From Azolla caroliniana (Eukaryota > Plantae > Polypodiophyta): a stretch of 64,000 nt of DNA. The first letter of the stretch is position 1, and each line of letters begins with the position of its first letter. The stretch spans positions 4,278,001 through 4,342,000 of the forward strand of contig JBHGNT010000002.1 in assembly GCA_043228905.1 (NCBI GenBank). Reading direction: 5' to 3'. Shown here piece after piece: positions 39,457 to 50,207 of the stretch. The notes beneath the pieces were generated by a model, which worked only from the letters and a program-made list of their open reading frames with translations, had not been told where the DNA came from and did no database searches. The position numbers and the translations under genes were made by a program.

Positions 39457-42400
39457 GTCCAGCCAAAATAGGAGCCGTTTGGTTGGACAACCCTAGATCT
39501 GTGCAGCCCATTAGTGGTTCCATTCCCTCTAAGCAAGTTAGTGATGTGTTCGTAGCCCAAGTAATAGTTAGTACTAAAAGTACCCCTCCAGTACATGTCC
39601 TAGCACTCCTAGATTCTGGAGCTAACTCTTGCTTTATGGATAAGAAATTTGCTCAAGCTCATAAGATATCCCTAAGAAAACTCTAGTGTCCAGCCTCTGT
39701 AGTAGTCATTGATGGACGTCCCATTGCTTCCGGAAATATCATAGAAGAGTCAGAGCCCATTAATATTGTCCTAGATAACTTAGCATGTGTAGTATCATTT
39801 AATATTATTAGTATCCCAGAACAGCCCATAGTTTTAGGATTACCGTGGTTCGAGTTACATAACCCAGACATAGATTGGAGAACAAGAGAAATCCGGTGTC
39901 GACAAACCCAAGGGTGAACTCAGAAGATGGCAACCATTTCGCTACGTCAGTTGCGTAAAGAAGGGCACAAGGAGGAAATGTTCCTCTTTGCAATATCAGT
40001 AAACCCCTCCAGCACCACTAAAGAAGGATCCACCGTTCAACTTCCCGAGAAGTATCGTCATTACGCCGATGTGTTCGATAAAGTACAAGCCAACACACTT
40101 CCTCATCATTGACCGTACGATTGCCCCATCGATTTACAACCGGGAAAAGAGCTGCCATGGGGACCGATCTACAATTTGTCACCAACCGAGCTGGAAGTCC
40201 TTCGGGCCTATATAGAGGAGAATTTGGAAAATGGTTTCATCCGGCATTCGAAATCTCCAGCCGGCGCGCCCATTTTCTTCGTCAAGAAAAAGGATGGATC
40301 GCTTCGTCTTGTTGTAGATTACCGTGGCCTGAATAAGGTTAGTACAATCAGGAATAGGTATGCTCTTCCCCTTATCTCAAGTCTTTTAGAACGGATCAAT
40401 GGTGCCAGGTTCTTCACGAAGATCGACTTATGGGGAGCATATAACCTCGTACGGATCCGACCAAGAGACGAATGGAAGACCGCGTTTCGCACCAGATATG
40501 GGCACTTCGAGTATACGGTCATGCCGTTCGGCCTCACTAATGCACCGACAGTCTTCCAGCACATGGCTAATGATATATTCCGAGATCTATTGGATGATTG
40601 TTTGATCATCTATTTGGATGATCTACTGGTTTATTCAAAGACCCAAGAAGAACATGATTCTCATGTACTATTAGTACTAAAACGACTTCGAGAACATGGT
40701 CTGTATGCGAAGCTGGAAAAATGTAGTTTCGGGTGCAACCAAGTGGAATTTCTCGGCTACATCATTTCGTCAGAAGGCATCTCCATGGACCCAGCTAAGG
40801 TCAAAACGGTGGTAGAATGGCAGACTCCACGTTCGGTGCGGGATGTGCAATGCTTCCTAGGCTTTGCCAATTTTTACCGGAAGTTCATACAAGATTACTC
40901 AAAGATCGTTCTACCTCTCACACAACTTACCAGGAAGGGACAACGGTTCATTTGGTCTGAAGAAACGGACGTGGCTTTCGAGAGTCTTAAAAAGGCATTT
41001 ACATCGGCTCCAATTCTAGCTCATGTCGATCCGGAAAAACCATTTATTATCGAAGCTGACGCATTGGATTTTGCATTGGGGAACATTCTATCACAACATG
41101 GGAATGATGAGAAGCTGCATCCTGTGGCTTTTCACTCACGCAAGTTTGACGCCGCCGAAATCAACTACGAAATTCATGATAAGGAGCTATTGGCAATAGT
41201 GGATTCTTTTATGCAATGGAGGCATTTTCTGGAGGGATCCTCTCATCCGGTCACTGTATTTAGTGACCACAAGAACCTTGCCTACTTTCAGGATGCTCGT
41301 GTGTTGAATCGACGTCAAGCTCGGTGGGCCCACTTCCTCACGCGTTTCGACTTCAAAATTACATATCGTCCGGGGAAGCACCAAGGGAAGGCAGATGCAT
41401 TATCACGGCGTTCATATCTAGCACCCCGTCTCGGCGAGCCAGCTTTCGATAACCAAAAACAAGTCATCTTGGGACCGACACGACTACAAGCAACAAAGAT
41501 CTTTGACATGCCCATGGATTCCCGCGTTATCGATACCATACGCGAAGACTTGAAGACAGATGCGTTCGCCCAAGCTATACTAGCACAAATTGATCCCTCT
41601 CAAGCGTCGTGTTCACAGTCGCAACCACCAGGTACGGACTATCGGCAATTCAAATACCATGATGGATTACTCTTCTTTAAAGAACTTTTGTATGTTCCTA
41701 ATGGTTCTTGACGCCTTCAAGTAGTACAAAACTGTCATGACACATATACAACTGGGCATTTTGGTAGTACTAAAACACTACATTTAGTACAACGATCATT
41801 CTGGTGGCCCTGTATGCGACAATTTGTCGAGGATTTTGTTCGGACTTGTGATACATGCTGCAGAGCGAAAATGCCAAGGCATCATCCATATGGTTTATTA
41901 GAACCATTACCAATTCCAAGCAAGCCGTGGCAATCCATTGCTCTAGACGTCATCACAGATCTTCCAGTCTCTAAGGGGTTCAATGCGATTCTAACGGTGG
42001 TCGATCGATATACGAAGATGGCTCATTTCTTGCCATGTACTAAGGAGATCTCCAGTGAAGACACTGCCGAAATTGTCATGCGTGAAGTATGTCGGCATCA
42101 TGGACTTCCCGATAGTATCATCAGCGACCGTGGATCCCAGTTCGTGTCAAAATTCTGGAAGCACCTTTTTAACATGCTCAAGGTCACTGGTACCCTCTCC
42201 TCCGGCTACCACCCACAAACCGACGGCCAAGCCAAACGAACCAATCAAACGCTGGAGCAGTATCTGCGGTGCTTTCTCAGCTATCATCAGGATGACTGGG
42301 CAGATATTCTCCACTTCGCCGAATTTGCCTACAACAACTCTATCCACGCATGCACGAAAGTTACGCCATTTTATGCTTATACAGGATGTCACCCCCGATG

Positions 42401-43045
42401 GTGTGTACTTGAAACCCCAGAGGTGTCCACAAATCCTTGTGCAGAGGATCGTTTAGAGAGGTTACGTAAGATACAAGCGGATTTATCTACTCATCTCCAA
42501 CAAGCTCAACAAACACACAAGGTTTATGCGGATCATCATCGACTCCCATCTAGTTTTAACATTGGAGATCGGGTATGGCTACTTCGACGACACATCAAGA
42601 CTACTCGCCCATGCGAGAAGTTGGATTATCGGTGATTAGGTCCTTTCCGTATTATCGAAAAGATTAATGATGTCGCTTTTCGTCTTGATCTACCTCCACA
42701 ACTTCGGATACATCCGGTGTTTCATAGTTCTCTCCTCGAACCCTATCAAGAAAGCACCATCCCAGGACGTATTACACAGCCTCCACCCCCGATCGAGCTT
42801 GAAGATGGACCTGAGTACGAGGTTTCCGCCATCCTTGATTCCAAGCTTGTTCGCAACAAGCTCTACTATCTAGTCGACTGGCTAGGATATAGTCCCAACG
42901 AGCGTACTTGGGAACCGATAGAGAATGTCACCAATGCTCATGCTCTTCTTGAAGACTTCCATCGTCAATATCCAGACAAACCGGGTCCTCAATCCAAAAC
43001 GACTCGTTACACTCGTCGTTTTAAAGGGGGGATAGTGTCACGATA
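39444..43045 (+). pseudogene. Element A pol (protease, RT, RNase H, integrase, chromodomain) with in-frame stops
   Basis: ALLDSGAN; YLDDLLVYS; EINYEIHDKELLAIV; HHCC and SDRGSQF integrase; YEVSAILD..YYLVDWLGY..TWEP chromodomain. Confidence 0.93.
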
Positions 43046-44140
43046 TGGCAAGACTCGAACCCATGACCTTATACTACATGGGTCAAGCTCTTGGCCATTA
43101 GACTATACATTGTAATACATAAAATATTATTTTCATTTATGTTTTATTATAGAAAATTGATGTATATTCCAGATTTCTCTGGAACATTCTAGAAACTTCA
43201 GGAGTATTCCTTAGAACACTATAAAAGGAGGCACAAGGCATTATTTCAAACCAAATCGGTTCAACGCCAGTCTTAAGCCTCCTAGCTACTGTACATTTTC
43301 TTCACATAATATATATCTTTTCTTATCATCACTCTCTCTCTCTCTCTCTCTCTCCCTCCCTCCCTCTCACTCACTCTTTCCTTCTCTCGAGAGTTCTTCA
43401 CCTCTCTTAGTACTAATACTTCTTTTAGTACTAATTCCTTCTCTGTCTTAGTACTGTTCCTGACAATACCCTTCACTTACGTAAATATTAGTGACCTACC
43501 CTCACCTACGTTATGTGTACATAAAATTCTCCCCTACTTCAAAAGATTGCACTCTTGCAATATAAAGTGAGGAAATTGTGCCTTAAGAGTATGCTCGCGT
43601 TCCCACGTGGCATCATCAATAGGTTTATCCATCCATTTGATCTTGAATAGCCTAATCTCTTTAGAACGTAAACGGTTAGTATGATAATCAAGAATTCGTT
43701 CAGGAACATGAGTTTTGTAAGAAAAATCCTCTAATGTTACAAGATCTTGGATTGTGATGGTGTTATCACCAAAGCCTTAAAATGGTTTTAGACGACTGAC
43801 ATGAAAAACAAGATGAATACCAACGTTATGGGGTAAGGCAAGGTGATAAGAAAATGACCCAACTCGCTTAAGGATTTCAAATGGGCCATAATATCATGGG
43901 GTTAACTTAGCGCACTTGCCCGTAGACAATGACGTAGAGTCAGTAGGGACACGCAAAAAAACTTTTTCACCAATAGTAAATGTACAAGGACGTCTATCTT
44001 GATCGACATAAAATTGAGCACGATCTTGACATGTCTTGACATTTTTTTTGGCAATATGCAACATTTGGTTCATGTCTTGCAAAAAATTGCATGTGTTGTC
44101 TAATGTATCACGATGAATTGTGACATCGACTAGGGTACAT

Positions 44141-44916
44141 TGTCGCGGAATTCCGCGCGTGCGTGTCGGATAGGATAGGACCACGGGGGTCCTGGACTAG
44201 GGAGTAAGAGGAGGGAGAGAAGTTTGGGAGTTCAACCGAGAAGGAAGAGAAATATTAAGATTCAAGAGAATAAGATCTAAACAAGACAAGATACATTATG
44301 GAAAGCACCACACCAATTACAATTGTGGCCATGTAGGCTGAATGTAAACCCTCTAGATGAAACCCTAACCAGATAGGGGAAAAGAAGAAGAAGAAGAAGA
44401 CGAATGGAACCCCTAAAACGAGATACTAAAACCCAAAATTTCAAAACCCTAATGGCAACCCAAAGAAACCCAAAAGTGGAAGCCTCTCCTCACTCAAAAA
44501 AAATAGGCAACCCCCTCCAAAGTGACCCCTCCCTCCCTTTTATAGTAGTAAGGGGTGAGGCACATTACAAAAAGGAGTGGTTAAATCCCCTTTCTTTCAA
44601 AGGAGAATATTTGGCCTCAATCTTAGGTGGAGAGATTGATGGGCCTCAACTCTCTCTCCTCTAGCCATCCTACTCAATGCCCATTACTCCCTACATGTAT
44701 GCTTCATGTACCTCTCTCTAGCCTACAAAGTGCACATCACCTTTATGCCTCTACAAACTTCGTGGTGCACCTTTAACACCTTAGATTATTACCCTTCCCT
44801 TTACATTTTGTTATCTTATTCTCATTATACAAATTTACAAGTGCATGTGCAATGTTGCACATCCCCATTTTATTTGTCCCACCCAAGTTTCTCACCGTAG
44901 TCGGAAAATCTTCACG
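44141..44916 (-). mobile_element. Solo LTR D1 inserted in the C2 integrase
   Basis: Reverse complement of the D2 LTR (..acacgcacgcgcg..cgcgaca end; TATAAAAGGGAG; shared U3). Interrupts the YGFQP|R..VD coding sequence; one terminus is trimmed by ~6 bp. Confidence 0.85.
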
Positions 44917-45457
44917 TGGCTGAAAACCATACATCAATATAAAAGGACTATATCCAGTGGATGTATGTTTAGAGCTATTATAGGCAAATTCTAAGATAGG
45001 AAGGTATTGCTTCCACTTAGACGGGGTTTTTGCTACATAATGTCAGGAATAGTACTAAAGCAGAGATGGAATTAGTACTAAGAAGAGTAGTACTATTAGT
45101 ACTAAGAGGACAGGACTGCGTAAGATTCCCGAGAGAGGAAGTGAGAAGAGGAGAGAGAGAGAGAAAGATGATGACAACAATTAATATATTATGTGAAAAG
45201 ATAAGTACAAAGCGGCTGAGAGGCTTAAGACTGGCGTTGAACCAATTTGGTTCAACATAATGCCTAGTGCCTTCTTTTATAGTGTTGTCAGGAGTAATTC
45301 TGAAACTTCTAGAATGTTCCAGAGAAATCTGGAATATACATTACTTTCTTATAATAAAACATAAATGAAAATAATATTTTATGAATTACAATAGATGGTG
45401 TGATGGTTAAGAGCTCGACCCATATACCATAAGGTCATGGGTTCGAGTCTTGCCATA

Positions 45458-48400
45458 TCATGACACTATCTCCCCCTTAAAGACAACGAGTGGAACGAGT
45501 CGGCGCTGATTGCGGACCGGGTTTGTCCGGATACTTTCGGTGGAAATCAGCAAGCAGATCCTGAGCATTGGCAACATGCTCGGCGGGTTCCCAAGTGCGT
45601 TTGCTCGGACTATAACCAACCCAATTGACCAAATAATAAAGTTTGTTGCGAATAAGTTTGGAATCGAGGATGGCAGCAACTTCATACTCCGGGCCGACGT
45701 CCAACTCCAGCGGGGGCGGCGATGGTGTAACACGATCGGGAATGGTGGTTGCTTTATAAGAGGTTCAAGAAGAGAACAATGGAAAACCAGATGTATCTGA
45801 AGCTGCGGAGGGAGATCAAGGCGGAATGTGACATCATTAACTTTACCCGAAATACGGAAAGGACCGAGTCGTCGATAATCCAACTTGTCGCACGGTCGAG
45901 TAGTCTTGATGTGACGACGTAAGAGCCATACTCGATCTCTGATGGCAAAAGACGAGGGAAGCCGATGACGATCCGTGTAAGTCTTCTGTGTCTGTTGAGC
46001 AAGGCGAAGATGAGTCGAGAGATCTGTCTGAATCTTGCGTAGTCTCTCCAAATGATCCCCGGCACGAGGATTGGTAGGTAGCTCCGGGGTGTCGATCACC
46101 GACCAACGAGGATGAGAACCGGTATAAGTGTAGAATGGGGAGACTCGAGTCGAGGAGTGAACAACATTATTATACGCAAACTCCGCAAAATGGAGAATCT
46201 CGGCCCAATCGTCCTGTTGATAACTCAGGAAACACCGGAGATATTGCTCTAGCATTTGGTTTGTTCGTTTTGCCTGCCCATCGGTCTGAGGATGGTAGCC
46301 GGAGGAGAGGTTGCAAGAGACCTTGAGAATCTTGAAGAGATGCTGCCAAAATTTGGAGGCAAATTGCGGTCCTCGGTCACTGATGATACTGTCTGGGAGG
46401 CCATGATGCCGAAATACCTCACGCATGACTAGGGCGGTGGTTTCCTCGCTAGTGATGGCCTTAGTAGACGGAACAAAATGTGCCATCTTCGTATATCGAT
46501 CGACGATGGTTAAGATAGCATCGAACCCCTACGAGACCGGCATATCTGTGATAAAATCAAGACAAATAGACTGCCATGGCTTACTTGGAATTGGTAAGGG
46601 TTCCAACAAGCCATATGGATGGTGTCATGGCACCTTTGTTCGGCAGCAAGCATCACAGGTCCGAACGTAGTCGTCGACAAAACGGCGCATGTGGGGCCAC
46701 CAAAAAGATCGCTGCACTAGCTCCAACATCTTAGTACTACCAAAATGTCCTGCCGTATGGGTGTCGTGACAATGTTGGACGATTTGAAGGCGACAGGAGC
46801 AATCGGGGACATATACGCGCTTTTTAAAGAATAACAAACCATCATGATATTCGAATTGTCGGTAGTCAATACCTGGTTTTTGAGACTGAGAACAAGATGC
46901 CCGAGAAGTATCAATGTGCGCCAGGATGTCTTGAGCAAAACTATCCGTCTTCAAGTTTGCACGTATGTCATCGGTAATCCGTGAATCCATCGGGGTGTGA
47001 AAAATCTACGTCGTGTGCAATCGTGTTGGTCCCAAGATTACTTGCTTTTGATTATCAAATGTTGGATCACCAGGACGAGGTGCAAGATATGAACGCCGTG
47101 ATAGTGCATCTGCTTTTCCTTGCTGCTTCCCCGGTCGATATGTGATTTTGAAGTCGAAACGCGTGAGGAATTGCGCCCACCGAGCTTACCGTCGATTTAG
47201 TACGCGAGCGTTCTCGAAATAAGCAAGATTTTTATGATCACTAAAGACAACAACCTGATGTGGAGAGCCCTCTAAGAAATGCCGCCATTGCACAAATGAA
47301 TCCACAATGGCTAATAACTCCTTGTCATGTATTTCGTAGTTGATTTCCGCAACATCGAATTTGCGCGAATGGAAAGCCACCGGATGCAACTCCTCTTTAT
47401 CTCCTTGTTGAGAAAGGATGCTACCAAGGGCGAAATCTGAAGCATCGGCCTCCATGATGAATGGTTTGCTAGTATCCACATGAGCTAGAATCGGTGCTGA
47501 TGTAAAGGCTTTCTTAAGATGCCGAAAAGCCATATTTGCTTCAATGGACCAAAGAAATGCTTGGCCCTTCTTCGTAAGTTGTGTGAGGGGTAAGATAATC
47601 TTCGAGTAATCCTGTATAAAATTACGGTAGAAGTTAGCAAAACCTAGAAAACATTGTACATCTCGTACCGACCGTGGAATTTGCCACTCTAGTACAGTTT
47701 GGACTTTAGCTGGATCCATGGCGATGCCCTTTGAGGAGATGACGTAGCCTAGAAATTCCACTTGCTTGCAGTCAAAGCTACATTTCTCTAGCTTGGCATA
47801 AAGACCATTCTCGTGGAGTCGCTTTAGTACTAATAGTACATGAGAATCATGCTCTTGCTGGGTCTTCGAATAAATCAATAGATCATCAAGATAGATGATC
47901 AAACAGATATCCAAGAGGTCTCTGAATATATCATTTGCCATGTGTTGGAAGACTGCGGGTGCATTGGTTAGGCCGAACGGCATAACAGTATACTCGAAAT
48001 GCCCATACCGCGTGCGAAAGGCGGTCTTCCATTCATCTCCCGGTCGGATCCGCACGAGGTTATACGCTCCTCGCAAATCGATTTTAGTAAAAAGCTTGGC
48101 ACCATTAACTCGCTCTAAAAGACTTGATATAAGAGGAAGTGCATACCTATTCCGGATGGTGACCTTATTCAATCCGCGGTAATAAACGACGAGACGAAGT
48201 GAGCCATCTTTCTTCTTGACAAAGAAGATGGGTGCACCGGCCGGAGATTTCGAATGACGGATGAACTCGCTTGCCAAGTTCTCCTCTATGTAGGCTCGAA
48301 GGACTTCTAACTCGGTGGGTGACAAGTTGTAAATTGGTCCCCATGGTGGCTCGGTTCCTGGTTGTAAATCGATGGGACAGTCATAGGGACGGTGATGAGG

Positions 48401-49062
48401 AAGGGTGTACCGGCTTTTACCTTGTCAAATACATCGGCATAAGGATGATATTTTGCCGGAAGTTGTACTGAGGAGTCCTTCTTAATAGTGCTGGAAGGAT
48501 GTACTGATATTGCAAATAGGAACATTGCCTCCTTGTGTCCTTCTTCGCGTAATTGATGGAGTGAAATGGTCGAAACTCGGTGAGTAGATTCTTGGGGTGG
48601 TCGATATCAGACTTCTCTTGTTCTCCAATCTATGGCTGGATTATGTAATTCAAACCAAGGTAATCCTAGGACAATGGGATGCTCTGGACTACTAATTATA
48701 TTAAATGATATTACACACACAAAACTACCTAGGACAACTTGAATGGGTTCTGATTCTTCTACAATATTCCCGGAAGCAATGGGACGACCATCAATGACTA
48801 CTACAGATGTGGGACAAGGAAGTTTTGTTAGGGATATCTGAGAAGCTTGGGCAAAATTTCGATCCATGAAACAGGAATTAGCTCCGGAATCTAAGAGTCC
48901 TAGGACGGGTACTGGGGGAGTACTTTTAGTACTAACAATGACTTGGGCTAGGAACACATTGCTAACTTGCTTGGAAGGAATGGAACCACTAATGGGTTGT
49001 ACAGATCTAGGGCTGTTGTCCAACCAAACGGCTCCTATTTTGGCTGGACTCAATCGTTTAAC
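45458..49062 (-). pseudogene. Element B pol (PR-RT-RH-INT-chromodomain), several stops and frameshifts
   Basis: GLLDSGAN; YLDDLLIYS; EADASDFALG; SDRGPQF; YEVAAILD..YYLVNWVGY..TWEP. Confidence 0.93.
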
Positions 49063-50207
49063 TCTTCATCTAATTGACTAAGGATTTCAAATTTGTTTGA
49101 GATACTTGGGCTATTAGTACTATGAATACTATCTGACACTCTATTAGTACTATTAATACTATCAGACACTCCGAAGGGAAGAATTGGCTCGGGTTTAGTA
49201 CAAGCGACGATTTGATTTACCTGTCTTCTTGGCCTATGGGGACAATTGATGGCGATATGCCCTGGTCCACCGCAATAAAGGCATAATCGATTGGCACGTT
49301 GTCGTTGCTTTTCTTCTTCCGATAACGGGCCGCGTCGACGCATGGTGTCGATCTCCATCGGTGTCGGAATATTGGCTTGAGGTACATCGCGTGAAAACGG
49401 TTTAGCCGTGACTGAGGTGTATGTGGGTTCCGGCCGAGAGCGTGGTATTTGTAACTGACACTCCGAATGCCGTTCGAAAAGGCGGTTGTCGCATTGGACC
49501 GCTCGACTGATTGCCTCCGTAAGAGACTTTGGTTCTTCAGGGAAAGTTAAAAGCAGATCTTTGACATCATTGCGCAAGCCGTAGCGAAACTGCTCCATGA
49601 GGGCCTGATCATCCCAGGGAATATCTGAGGCCAGTAGACGGAAATCCGTCGTGTAGGCAGAGGCTGGACGATCGCCTTGACGCAATCTTCGGATCTTGTT
49701 GATCGCCGTCCTGATGCTGTCGATATCTCCAAAGCAGGCTTTAAACTCACCAATAAAATCTTCAAAGTTATTAAGCAAGGGTGATTGTTTTTCTAGAAGC
49801 GGAGCGAACCATGCCAAGGCTGAGCCGCTAAGTAACGTGCCTATTAGGCCGACTCGAGATGCATCAGTGGGATATCGGGAAGGATGCATCTGGATGACTA
49901 AGCGTACCTGATTAAGGAATCCCCGGAATTGCGATCGCGTTCCATCAAATTTCACAAGAAGTCCAATCTTGGGCTCTTTATGAAATCCTTGGGGACTTGA
50001 TCCTTGTTGTTGCAACGCTGCCTCGAGTTGTTGTACCCGTAATGCTAACTCCCCATGTTGTTGTTGCGTTTGTGGTTTTTCGAGAGCGATTTGTTGGAGA
50101 TCCCCTATCAACCGTTGGTTTTCTTGTTCCAGGGCAACAAACTTTTCTTTTAGGCACTGTAACTCGGAAAAAATGGATTGATATTCTTGGGTGCTAACAG
50201 TAGCCAT
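49050..50207 (-). CDS. Element B gag, open 385-aa ORF (coiled coil, PEG10/sushi-like capsid, CCHC knuckle)
   Basis: Uninterrupted ORF with LSGSALAWF, LRQG, FRYGL and [14 protein letters not shown] motifs. Confidence 0.9.
   Translation of the reverse strand: MATVSTQEYQSIFSELQCLKEKFVALEQENQRLIGDLQQIALEKPQTQQQHGELALRVQQLEAALQQQGSSPQGFHKEPKIGLLVKFDGTRSQFRGFLNQVRLVIQMHPSRYPTDASRVGLIGTLLSGSALAWFAPLLEKQSPLLNNFEDFIGEFKACFGDIDSIRTAINKIRRLRQGDRPASAYTTDFRLLASDIPWDDQALMEQFRYGLRNDVKDLLLTFPEEPKSLTEAISRAVQCDNRLFERHSECQLQIPRSRPEPTYTSVTAKPFSRDVPQANIPTPMEIDTMRRRGPLSEEEKQRQRANRLCLYCGGPGHIAINCPHRPRRQVNQIVACTKPEPILPFGVSDSINSTNRVSDSIHSTNSPSISNKFEILSQLDEELND

Larger units (their letters stand above)
35846..43465 (+). 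mobile_element. Element A: full-length Ty3/gypsy chromovirus (Tcn1 / Tf1-sushi-like), mutated; LTRs 35846-36287 and 43036-43465
   Basis: TGTCA...TGACA LTRs, TSD ATACC on both sides and PPT AAAGGGGGGATAG (43023-43035). Order is gag-PR-RT-RH-INT-chromodomain. About 8 substitutions plus a microsatellite indel separate the LTRs. Confidence 0.96.

Noticed and set aside
45389-45460. Functional tRNA gene inside the LTR
   Set aside because: A/B boxes are present but acceptor, anticodon and T stems do not pair properly; treated as a tRNA-derived promoter cassette instead.
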